Assembly (NCBI GenBank): GCA_049942965.1
Contig: CP188088.1
Location: 180,001 to 212,000 of the forward strand
DNA from: Candidatus Saccharimonadota bacterium
Lineage (GTDB): Bacteria > Pseudomonadota > Gammaproteobacteria > Enterobacterales > Enterobacteriaceae
Direction of reading: 5' to 3'
DNA length: 32,000 bases
Made by a program: the position numbers and the translations under genes. Numbering within the stretch: position 1 is the first letter of the stretch; each line of letters opens with the position of its first letter. Shown here piece after piece: positions 19,525-27,887 of the stretch. The notes under the pieces were generated by a model. The model did no database searches. It was not told the origin of the DNA and saw only the letters and a program-made list of their open reading frames with translations.

Positions 19525-20664
19525 ATGAAGAATTATAAATTTTTAATGCTATTTCTTTGTTTAGTATTGCCTTTTAATTTTGTTCAGTCTGCAGTGTTAT
19601 ATAGTAATAAAGGTGATAAACTAGAAATCGATGCTCAAATTAAAAAAAATCAAAATGTTACTCATTCAAAAGAAAGATGTTTTGTATGTTTAAATAAAGA
19701 TAAAGAAAATGTTTCTGTTGCTCTTTTCGCTAAAAAAAAAATAACTCAAGATTTGTCTACTTATGGTTATATTCATTATTTTTCTAATTTAAATGAATTA
19801 AAATCTTTTTTTATGAATTCTAAATTTAAAAAAACTGATTTTGGTTATTTTGGAATACGTTCTAAAAATTTTGGAGAATTTGAATATAGTCGTAATAATG
19901 GAGTTATGCACGATTTATTATATTTGTTAAAAATGGATAATTTAAACAAAAATAATATAAATTTGGATCATCAAATTTTTTTAGACAACAAAAACTACAT
20001 TTTTACATATCGTACAAATAACTCTTATTTTTCTCCTAAATTTTTGAATTTTTCTTTAGAATTAAGAGGTAATCCTTTACATTCTAGTCTTTCTACGAAA
20101 AAAAATGAAATAGAGTTGAACGGTATAGGATGTTCAATAGCGTATAATAATAATAAAAATAAATTAGGATTTTCTTCAGTTTTATCTTATTTTGTAAAAG
20201 ATCGTCCTAAATTTGGTGTAGAAGATAAAAAAGGTAGATTAACTACTTCTTGTGGATTATCTATGAAATATGATTTTAAAAAATCATATATGATGCTTCT
20301 TCTTGGTACGAACAAAAACATTATTATTAATAAATTTTATAATTCAGTTTTAAAAAATGATGGGTTAGTTCAATTAATAGCTGGATATAATTTTGATAAA
20401 AACCTTAGTTCATTAGTTTCTTTTTCTAATTTACGAGAAAATGAGTTATTTGTTTTAAATAAGAATAATGTTTATCAAAATCAAGAAAAATTTAGTTACC
20501 ACAATAAGTTTAAAATATTAACTAATTATAGTTTTAACAAAAATTTAGATTCATATCTTGATTACACAATAAATTTGTCAAAAATAAATAATAGTTTATA
20601 TAATGATAAACAAAAAATTTTTAGAAACAATTTTTTAGAATTAGGGTTAAGATATCATTTTTAG
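19525..20664 (+). CDS. ompF: Outer-membrane general porin, OmpF/OmpC family
   Basis: 379-aa ORF. The N-terminal signal peptide is MKNYKFLMLFLCLVLPFNFVQSA. The mature protein starts AVLYSNKGDKLEI (cf. AEIYNKDGNK in enterobacterial porins). The C-terminus is ELGLRYHF, a terminal aromatic beta-barrel signature. It lies directly downstream of asnS, as ompF does in E. coli. Confidence 0.75.
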   Translation: MKNYKFLMLFLCLVLPFNFVQSAVLYSNKGDKLEIDAQIKKNQNVTHSKERCFVCLNKDKENVSVALFAKKKITQDLSTYGYIHYFSNLNELKSFFMNSKFKKTDFGYFGIRSKNFGEFEYSRNNGVMHDLLYLLKMDNLNKNNINLDHQIFLDNKNYIFTYRTNNSYFSPKFLNFSLELRGNPLHSSLSTKKNEIELNGIGCSIAYNNNKNKLGFSSVLSYFVKDRPKFGVEDKKGRLTTSCGLSMKYDFKKSYMMLLLGTNKNIIINKFYNSVLKNDGLVQLIAGYNFDKNLSSLVSFSNLRENELFVLNKNNVYQNQEKFSYHNKFKILTNYSFNKNLDSYLDYTINLSKINNSLYNDKQKIFRNNFLELGLRYHF

Positions 20665-20713
20665 AATTTGTTTTTTTTTAAAATTGTACATTTTTAAAGT
20701 TCATTATTTTAAA

Positions 20714-20809
20714 AAAATTCTCTTCTGAATAATTTTTCATAAAAAATATTTTTTAAAATTCATTTATTATATTTATTTTTTGAAATTTTAAAAATCAGAA
20801 GAGAATTTT
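20714..20809. repeat. Perfect 15-bp inverted repeat (AAAATTCTCTTCTGA / TCAGAAGAGAATTTT) separated by 66 nt, in the ompF-hinT convergent spacer
   Basis: The left arm is 20714-20728 and the right arm 20795-20809. The arms are exact reverse complements and include the G/C-containing core CTCTTCTG, which is unusual for this sequence composition. Confidence 0.8.
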
Positions 20810-20895
20810 ATAATTTTTTAATTATTTTAATTTTTAAATTAATTAAATAGAAAATATTTATTTTTATAAATGTTTTTTATTTTTTAATTCACTTA

Positions 20896-21252
20896 TTATG
20901 TAATTGGTCCTAATTTTTTTCCTCCTAAAAGATGAATATGTAAATATGGTATTTCTTGGCCACCATCTTTATTACAATTTATTACTATTCGATAGCCATT
21001 TTTTTCTATTTTTCTTTTTTTTGCGATTTTTACAGCAATAAATATCATTTCTGCTATTATATCTTTATTATTGATATTAATTTGATTAATATTTTTTATT
21101 TTTTTATTTGGAATGATTAAAATATGTATTGGTGCTTTTGGATTAATGTCTTCAAATGCTGTCAAAGTATTATTTTGATAAACAATTTTTGATTTAATTT
21201 TTTTTTTAATAATTTTTTCAAATATATTATCTTTATTTATTTTTTCTTTCAT
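20896..21252 (-). CDS. hinT: HIT-family purine nucleoside phosphoramidase HinT (YcfF)
   Basis: 118-aa ORF with [39 protein letters not shown] and the histidine triad HIHLLGG. It sits next to ptsG, as expected once the E. coli neighbour fhuE is lost. Confidence 0.88.
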   Translation of the reverse strand: MKEKINKDNIFEKIIKKKIKSKIVYQNNTLTAFEDINPKAPIHILIIPNKKIKNINQININNKDIIAEMIFIAVKIAKKRKIEKNGYRIVINCNKDGGQEIPYLHIHLLGGKKLGPIT

Positions 21253-21342
21253 TTTTATATAAAATATTATGTAAATTAATAATTTTTAAAAATCAATTTA
21301 AATTTTATTTTGTAATTTATTTTAAATAATTAATCTTTATTA

Positions 21343-22776
21343 TTAATTTTTCATATATTTTTCCATTTTGTTTTTTATTTGATCAGATTTTGTTCCAAAT
21401 ACTATTTGTATTCCAACTCCAGATATGATTACTCCTGAAGAACCAGTTTTCTTTATTTCTTTTACATCGACTTGATTAATATTAATTACTGTTATTCTTA
21501 ATCTAGTAATACAAGCATCTAAATTTTCAATGTTTTTTTTTCCTCCTAGAGCTATAATTAATCTTTTTGAAATTTTATTTATATCATTAGATTGAGGAAA
21601 AAAATTGTTTTTTTCTCTTCCTGGTGTTTTTAAATTTAATCTTGTTATCAACGTATAAAATATATAATAATATATAAATAAATAAATTATTCCAACAATA
21701 GGAAACAACCAAATTCTATGACTATTTCCACTTAAAATTAAAAAGTCTATTAGACCATGAGAAAAACTAGTACCTGCTCTCATGTCAAATAAAATACATA
21801 TAGTGAAAGCTAAACCAGATAGAATTGCATGTAATGCATATAATATTGGAGAGACCAATAAAAATGAAAATTCAATTGGTTCAGTAATTCCAGTTAAAAA
21901 TGCTGTTAATGCTCCAGGAATCATTATTCCTGCGACATTTGATCGATTTTCTTGTCTGGAAGATTTCCAAATAGCTAAAGCAGCTCCTGGAAGACCATAC
22001 ATTTTGAATAAAAACCCACCAGAAAGTTTTCCAGCAGTTGGATCTCCAGCCATGTATCTTGCAATATCACCATGAAAGGTTTGTCCAGTAGAATTTGTAT
22101 AATTTCCAATTTGCATTTGAAATGGTACATTCCAAATATGATGTAGACCGAATGGAACTAAAGATCTTTCAATTAATCCATAAATCCCAAATGCAAGCAT
22201 TGGATCTTGATAAGCTGACCATTCTGAAAATAATTGAATTAAATATCCAATTGGAGGCCATAAAAAAGATAATATAATTCCTAAGATTATTGAAAAAAAA
22301 CCAGAAACAATTGGAACGAATCTTTTTCCTGAAAAGAAACCTAAATATTCTGGTAAATGAATTTTATAAAATTTATTAAACAAATATGCAGATAAAGTTC
22401 CAGATAGAATCCCTCCAAAAATTCCAGTATCATAATAAAAACTTCCTTGTTGAAAATTTATATTTTTTATTTGTATCATTAATGGAGATATAGTTGATAT
22501 AGTACTTGTCATAATTCCATATGATATAACAGCTGCTAATGCAGATACTCCATCGTTTTTAGTAAATCCTAGAGCTACCCCAATAGAAAATATCAAAGGC
22601 ATATTAGAAAATACTGAAGTTCCTGATTTGTACATAATATTTGAAATTATTATAGGAATAAAAGAAAATTTTGCCGATCCTATTCCTAATAAAATTCCAG
22701 CTATAGGTAATACAGAAACAGGTAGCATTAATGATTTCCCTATTTTTTGTAGACTAGAAAATGAATTTTTTAACAT
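21343..22776 (-). CDS. ptsG: PTS glucose-specific EIICB component
   Basis: 477-aa ORF, the same length I recall for E. coli PtsG. The N-terminus [33 protein letters not shown] is nearly identical to E. coli. The EIIB motif LDACITRLR is present near the C-terminus. Confidence 0.95.
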   Translation of the reverse strand: MLKNSFSSLQKIGKSLMLPVSVLPIAGILLGIGSAKFSFIPIIISNIMYKSGTSVFSNMPLIFSIGVALGFTKNDGVSALAAVISYGIMTSTISTISPLMIQIKNINFQQGSFYYDTGIFGGILSGTLSAYLFNKFYKIHLPEYLGFFSGKRFVPIVSGFFSIILGIILSFLWPPIGYLIQLFSEWSAYQDPMLAFGIYGLIERSLVPFGLHHIWNVPFQMQIGNYTNSTGQTFHGDIARYMAGDPTAGKLSGGFLFKMYGLPGAALAIWKSSRQENRSNVAGIMIPGALTAFLTGITEPIEFSFLLVSPILYALHAILSGLAFTICILFDMRAGTSFSHGLIDFLILSGNSHRIWLFPIVGIIYLFIYYYIFYTLITRLNLKTPGREKNNFFPQSNDINKISKRLIIALGGKKNIENLDACITRLRITVININQVDVKEIKKTGSSGVIISGVGIQIVFGTKSDQIKNKMEKYMKN

Positions 22777-22895
22777 TAATTTTTTTCTCTTTTTTAAAAT
22801 AAAAGTATAAAAAATTTTTTTGAATTTTATTAAAAATTAAATATAAATAAATTTATTTTTTAATGAAAAAAAATCATTTTTCTAAAAAAAGTATT

Positions 22896-23677
22896 TTATA
22901 TATTAATTGTTGGAAATAATTCATAAAAATTTTTTTTAGTGATATTCACTAGATTTTCAAAATCAATTTTTTTTATTTTAGCTACTTGTTTTGCTATATA
23001 AGGTAAATATGATGGTTGATTTTCCTTGCCTCTATTTGGAACTGGAGATAAATATGGTGAATCAGTTTCAATTAAAATTGACTCAAAAGGTATATATCTT
23101 AAAACTTTTTTTAGTTCATCAGTTTTGTTGAAGGTAATTATCCCTGAAAATGATATATAAAATCCTAAGTCTAGTAATTTTTTAGCATATATTATATTTT
23201 TTTCGGAAAAAGAATGAAGTATTCCTCGACAATCATTTGCTTTTTCTTCTTTCAGTATTTTAATGGTATCTTGAATGGATGATCTTGAATGTACGATTAT
23301 TGGTTTTTTAATTTTTTTAGCTATTTGAATATGTTTTCTAAACGATTCTTGTTGATATTTTATATTTTCTTTACTATGGAAATAATCTAATCCAGTTTCT
23401 CCTATTGCAATTACTTTTTTTATATTTGAAAAATTTTCTAAACTTAAAAAATTATTTTTATTTTTTTTAACATATAATGGATGAATTCCACAAGAATAAA
23501 AAACATTTTTTTTTTTATTGAATTTGATATTTTTTTAAAATTTTTAATAGAAGTAGATATAGTTAGGAATAAACGAACTTTGTTTAAAACCGCATTTTTT
23601 ATTATTTCATCAAGATTCATTCTTGTTTTTTTTAAATTTATTTTGTCTAAATGACAATGACTGTCTATCAAATACAT
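22896..23677 (-). pseudogene. ycfH: TatD-family metal-dependent hydrolase YcfH, full length but frameshifted once inside an A11 tract
   Basis: The N-terminal frame reads MYLIDSHCHLDKINLKK...NSIKKK and then runs out of frame. I translated the adjacent frame by hand from the tract to TAA at 22898-22896 and found no stop. It encodes NVFYSCGIHPL...IAIGETGLDYF...KPIIVHSRSS...GILHSFSE...GFYISFSGIITF...ILIETDSPYLSPVPNRGKENQPS..., colinear with E. coli YcfH. With one extra A the total is about 260 aa. Confidence 0.85.
23506..23516 (-). repeat. Homopolymer: A11 on the ycfH coding strand; site of the ycfH frameshift
   Basis: Direct count of the T run 23506-23516 on the + strand. A length of 12 or 9 would keep ycfH in frame. 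Confidence 0.9.
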
Positions 23678-23705
23678 AAAATTTACTCTTTAGATTTTTA
23701 TTTAT

Positions 23706-24680
23706 TTATAAGTTTAATATTTTTTTCCAATAAAGAAATTGTTCTACTATTAATAATTCTTGATTTATTCCTGCAATGGAAATAATTCTATTATAGCATC
23801 TTATCCAAGATTTAAATGATTTATTTAAACCTTCGAATGTACAATTTTTAGATAAAAAATTTATTAATTTTATTTGGTCTAAATTAACTAAATTTTTTTT
23901 TAAATTATGTTTGTATTTTATTGTATCTAGCAAAAAACAACAAATGCCATTAATGAATAAAAAATTATCTTTTTTGGAAATAATTGAAATAATTGATTTT
24001 ATTATTCCGTTTTTTATAAATTCTTTTAATAAAAAGAAAAATTCAATTCTTAATTTCCAAAAAATACTTTCAAATAATTTTTTTGAATCAATTGGAGAAT
24101 TATTACAAGTTCTTAATAAAATTAAATAATTATTGTTTTTTGTTTTTAAAGATTGATTTTTTAACCAAACAACACCTTCTTTTTCAGTAGGAGGAGGTAA
24201 AAAATGTAATAAACATCTGCTTTTTAAAGTTTTTGGAATATAATAATTATTGTTGTATTCAAAAAAAAACCAAGTATTTTTAGGTGGTTCTTCGATTATT
24301 TTTAATAAAGAGTTAATGGATGAAACTGTTAAATTTTCAGAGTTTTGAAAGAAAATAACTTTACCAACTTTTTGTTGTGAGGTAAGAAGAACTTTTCTTT
24401 TTAAAGAATTGATAAAATCTATTCCAATTTTGTTTTCATGACTTTCTTTTTTTATATGATACCAGTCTGGATGAGAGTTGGAATCCATTAATAAACAACT
24501 ATTACATACTTCACATTTTTTTTTTTTTAAACATAAAATTCGTTTTGCAATGTTCCAAACTAATTTAATAATATCTAAATTTTGATCAGATATTATCATT
24601 CTTGCGTGGTGGTTTCTTTTATTGTTGTGTTGTTTAACAATTTCTAAATAAATTTTTTTATGCCAAGAATATAAATTCAT
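23706..24680 (-). CDS. holB: DNA polymerase III subunit delta-prime
   Basis: MNLYSWHKKIYLEIVKQHNNKRNHHARMI aligns with E. coli HolB MRWYPWLRPDFEKLVASYQAGRGHHALLI. Also present are the Zn module CEVCNSCLLMDSNSHPDWY, LLKIIEEPP and LKSRC. The track ORF starts at 24701. ATG 24680 is the aligned start and forms an ATGA overlap with the tmk stop (24679-24677). Confidence 0.85.
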   Translation of the reverse strand: MNLYSWHKKIYLEIVKQHNNKRNHHARMIISDQNLDIIKLVWNIAKRILCLKKKKCEVCNSCLLMDSNSHPDWYHIKKESHENKIGIDFINSLKRKVLLTSQQKVGKVIFFQNSENLTVSSINSLLKIIEEPPKNTWFFFEYNNNYYIPKTLKSRCLLHFLPPPTEKEGVVWLKNQSLKTKNNNYLILLRTCNNSPIDSKKLFESIFWKLRIEFFFLLKEFIKNGIIKSIISIISKKDNFLFINGICCFLLDTIKYKHNLKKNLVNLDQIKLINFLSKNCTFEGLNKSFKSWIRCYNRIISIAGINQELLIVEQFLYWKKILNL

Positions 24681-25315
24681 TTTTTTGTTTTTTTTAACCA
24701 TGTTTTGATAGTTTCATATATTAAATTATTTACAACAGAAATGTTTTTGTTAGCTTTGATTTTTATTGCAATTGGATTAGAATTTACTAATTCTAAGTAT
24801 TTTTTTCTTACACGAACAAAAAAACTAATATTTTTTTGTTCTATTCTATCTAAATACATTCTATTTTTTTTTATTCTTTGTAGTCCTATGATTGGATCAA
24901 TATCCAAATATAAAATTAAGTTTGGATGCAATGGTTCTACTAAGAAATTTCTGAGATGATTAATAAAATTTATATTTATTCGAGATCCTGCTCCCTGATA
25001 AGCTATTGAAGACATATCAAATCTATCACAAATTATCCAACTTCCTTTTTCTAATTCTGGTTTAATAATTGTTTCAATTAGTTGTGTTCTAGCGGCATAC
25101 ATTAATAAAAGTTCAGCTTTTTTTGTAATTCTTCCAATTGTTTTTTTTTCTTTTATTATTTCTCTTATTTTTTCTCCAACTTTGGTACTTCCAGGTTCTC
25201 TGATTAAAATAGAGTTATTAATTCCAAATGATTCCAAAGTTTTTTGAACTTGTTTACAAGCATTCGTTTTTCCCGATCCTTCTATTCCTTCAATTACAAT
25301 AAATTTATTTTTCAT
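24677..25315 (-). CDS. tmk: Thymidylate kinase
   Basis: 212-aa ORF with the P-loop FIVIEGIEGSGKT and DRFDMSSIAYQG. It is in the syntenic tmk-holB-ycfH-ptsG order. Confidence 0.92.
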   Translation of the reverse strand: MKNKFIVIEGIEGSGKTNACKQVQKTLESFGINNSILIREPGSTKVGEKIREIIKEKKTIGRITKKAELLLMYAARTQLIETIIKPELEKGSWIICDRFDMSSIAYQGAGSRININFINHLRNFLVEPLHPNLILYLDIDPIIGLQRIKKNRMYLDRIEQKNISFFVRVRKKYLELVNSNPIAIKIKANKNISVVNNLIYETIKTWLKKTKK

Positions 25316-25407
25316 GTTATTTGTGTGAATTATTTTTAATAATTTTTCATTATATTAATTTTAATATGCAATTATATTTTTTTTTATATTTTTTATATTT
25401 TTTATAA

Positions 25408-25425
25408 GATCTTTTTAAAAAGATC
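25408..25425. repeat. Perfect 18-bp palindrome GATCTTTTTAAAAAGATC in the acpP-tmk spacer
   Basis: The sequence 25408-25425 equals its own reverse complement. It is flanked by two GATC tetranucleotides in an otherwise almost G/C-free 259-bp spacer. Confidence 0.8.
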
Positions 25426-25574
25426 AATTTTTAATAGTCTTTTTAAATTTTATAAGTTATACATGAACTTTTTATTTTAATTAAATTTATTTTTTTTATT
25501 GTTTAGTTTTTTTTAAAAAAATAATTTTAATAAAAAAACTTTTATTTATTTTATATATTATTTATTTTGAATTA

Positions 25575-25820
25575 TTAATTATTATTAATAATAATTTTAT
25601 TTTTAATATATTTAATTGTATTTTCTATTGTGTTTATGTATTTCATATCTTCGTCTGGAATATCAATTTTAAATTTTTCTTCTAGATTCATAACAAGTTC
25701 TATCATATCTAGAGAATCTGCTTCTAAATCTTTAACATAATCTGATTTTTTAAAAATTTTTTCTATTTTTTTATCTAATTGAATAGAAACAATTTGTTTT
25801 ATTTCTTTTTCAATGTCCAT
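25575..25820 (-). CDS. acpP: Acyl carrier protein
   Basis: MDIEKEIKQIVSIQL...DLEADSLDMIELVMNLEEKFKIDIPDED aligns with E. coli ACP, including the phosphopantetheine-attachment DSL motif. The aligned start is ATG 25820, with AGGAG 8 nt upstream. The track ORF's upstream extension to 25892 overlaps the fabG 3' end and is probably not translated. Confidence 0.92.
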   Translation of the reverse strand: MDIEKEIKQIVSIQLDKKIEKIFKKSDYVKDLEADSLDMIELVMNLEEKFKIDIPDEDMKYINTIENTIKYIKNKIIINNN

Positions 25821-25869
25821 TATTTTGTCTCCTAAAGGAATACTTTTAAATAGATCTTTTTTTAAGATA

Positions 25870-26604
25870 TTAAGTAGTTTGCATACCTCCATTTACATGA
25901 ATCACTTGTCCAGTAATGTATGAAGATTTTTTTGAAGATAAAAATGATACAACATTAGCAATATCAGACGCTGTTCCAAAACGTTTCATTGGTATACTTA
26001 ATAAGTATTTGTCTATTTGTTTTTTACTTAATTTTTTTGTCATATTAGACATGATAAATCCAGGAGAGATAATATTTACAGTAATTTTACGAGAGGCAAC
26101 TTCTATTGCAAGTGATTTATGAAAACCTATTAGTGCAGATTTTGAACTTGAATAGCTAATTTGACCACTATTTCCTATAGATCCTATAATAGATCCTATT
26201 GTAATTATTCTACCTTTTCTTTTTTTTATCATGTTCTTTATTACTGATTGTGATAAATGAAATATTGAGGTTAAATTTATTTTTAACGTTTCTTCCCATT
26301 CGAAGATAGAGATTTTTGGTAGTAAGTTATTGTAATTAATTCCTATGTTATTTACTAAAATATTAATATCTCCAAAATTCATATTAATAAAATTTATTTT
26401 TTTTTTAATATCATCAGGATCTTTAACGTTAATTATTATTCCTTCTCCATTTTTATCTAGTATCTTTTTTATTTTTTTTACTCCGTTTTTAGTTCTACTA
26501 GAACCAAAAACAAATATTTTTTGTTTTGATAGTTCTTGTGCTATTTTTTGTCCTATTTCTCCTGTTGCTCCAGTAACTAAAGCTATTTCTTTACCCTGAT
26601 ACAT
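25870..26604 (-). CDS. fabG: 3-oxoacyl-[ACP] reductase FabG
   Basis: 244-aa ORF, the same length I recall for E. coli FabG. SDR motifs are present: VTGATGEIG, NNIGI and YSSSKSALIGFHKSLA (the YxxxK catalytic motif). The C-terminus is GQVIHVNGGM. Confidence 0.93.
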   Translation of the reverse strand: MYQGKEIALVTGATGEIGQKIAQELSKQKIFVFGSSRTKNGVKKIKKILDKNGEGIIINVKDPDDIKKKINFINMNFGDINILVNNIGINYNNLLPKISIFEWEETLKINLTSIFHLSQSVIKNMIKKRKGRIITIGSIIGSIGNSGQISYSSSKSALIGFHKSLAIEVASRKITVNIISPGFIMSNMTKKLSKKQIDKYLLSIPMKRFGTASDIANVVSFLSSKKSSYITGQVIHVNGGMQTT

Positions 26605-26737
26605 CTTTTTTTTTCCTAATTATTTTTTTTAAAAAAAAAATTTTTTTTATTATTTAAAGAAATAGAAATAGAATCTTTTATGTTTTTATTTAAATTTGTT
26701 AATACTTTACTAGTTCCAACTTCTAATAATAGAAAAG

Positions 26738-26750
26738 TTTTTTTTTTTTT
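26738..26750 (-). repeat. Homopolymer: A13 on the fabD coding strand; second fabD frameshift site
   Basis: Direct count of the T run 26738-26750. A length of 14 or 11 would join frame (b) to frame (c). Confidence 0.9.
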
Positions 26751-27302
26751 AAAATAAAATTTATACTTTTTTTCCAGTTTATTGGTTCTACTAATTGTCT
26801 TATTAAAGCTGTCTTTATTTTTTTATTAGATTTTTCATACTTTACATCAACATTGTTAATAATTGGAAAATCAGGCTTTTTAAAAAAAACGTTTTTTAAA
26901 AATTTAGAAAATTTTTTAGATGCGTTTTTCATTAAAATACAATGTGAAGGAACATTTATTGATAAATGAAAAACAGCTTTCGCACCTAATAATTTACATA
27001 TTTTTTCTATTTTATGTAGTTTTTTTTTATTTCCAGATACTACAATTTCAGTGTCAGAATTTATACTAGAAATAGCAGCAAATTCATTTTTAAAAAAATT
27101 TTTGCAAATTTTTTTTATTATTTTTTTTTTCATTCCAATTATTGCCATCATAGATCCTGGATTATTTTTTGCTGATTCTTGCATAAGTTTATTTCTTTGT
27201 ATAACAGTTTTTAGCCCATCTTTTAATGAGATTGAATTAGAACAAACTAATGCTGAATATTCTCCTAGACTATGACCTGCGGCTATATTAGGAATTTTTT
27301 CG

Positions 27303-27312
27303 TTTTTTTTTT
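27303..27312 (-). repeat. Homopolymer: A10 on the fabD coding strand; first fabD frameshift site
   Basis: Direct count of the T run 27303-27312. A length of 11 or 8 would join frame (a) to frame (b). The two track ORFs 27283..27540 and 26723..27316 overlap here. Confidence 0.9.
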
Positions 27313-27722
27313 CCATGTATAATAAAGAGAAACTGAAGTTGTTAATATTAAAGCTGGAATATATTCATTGTTTTTGAAGTTATTATTATAGTTTCCGTTT
27401 ATATATTTCCACAAATTATGGTTAATGTAATCAGAAGCTTCATCAAAAGTATTTTTTATTATAGGGAAAGTTTTGGATAATTTAAATAATATATCTGTTC
27501 TTTGAGACCCCTGACCTGGAAATATCATTGCAAATTTCATTTTTTACCTGTTATTTAAAAACATATTTTTTATGTAATATTTTTTTAAATTTTGTAAACA
27601 AAAAATTTTTTTGAAATTATTAATTTTTCAAAAAATAAGAATTTCTACGAATTATTAATTTGTTAAATAGTATTTAAAAATTAAAAAAAAAAAAAAAATT
27701 CTTATTTTAATAACTTATGTTT

Positions 27723-27887
27723 TTAAATTACTTTTTTTCCTTTAAAAAATCCTTTTTTAGTTATGTGGTGTCTAATATGTATTTCTTTTGAGTATTTATC
27801 TATTGAAAAAGCAGGAATTTTTATTCTGTCATGAGATCTTCTCATTCCTCTTTTTGATCTAGTAGGTTTATTTTTTTGTACTGCCAT
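27723..27887 (-). CDS. rpmF: 50S ribosomal protein L32
   Basis: This gene is not in the ORF track because it is too short (54 aa). Hand translation gives [54 protein letters not shown], versus E. coli [22 protein letters not shown]...HLRHHITADGYYRGRKVI. AGAGGA lies 5 nt upstream of the ATG. Confidence 0.9.
   Translation of the reverse strand: MAVQKNKPTRSKRGMRRSHDRIKIPAFSIDKYSKEIHIRHHITKKGFFKGKKVI

Larger units (their letters stand above)
26616..27540 (-). pseudogene. fabD: Malonyl-CoA:ACP transacylase FabD, full length but carrying two frameshifts, each inside a poly(A) tract (A10 and A13)
   Basis: Three consecutive frames together are colinear with all of E. coli FabD. (a) 27540-27313: MKFAMIFPGQGSQ...ALILTTSVSLYYTWKKK. 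(b) From the A10 tract to 26751: (N)EKIPNIAAGHSLGEYSALV (active-site GHSLGE)...NVPSHC...LIRQLVEPINWKKSINFILKKKK. (c) From the A13 tract to TAG 26618-26616: TFLLLEVGTSKVLTNLNKNIKD.., which aligns with E. coli HLYEVGPGKVLTGLTKRIVD. The length is 925 nt; adding 2 nt gives 309 codons, matching E. coli FabD. Confidence 0.85.

Noticed and set aside
27607-27635. 10-bp stem TTTTTTGAAA / TTTCAAAAAA in the rpmF-fabD spacer, and the nearby A16 run (27683-27698)
   Set aside because: The stem has a single G-C pair. The homopolymer is intergenic and has no adjacent hairpin. Neither supports a terminator or promoter call.
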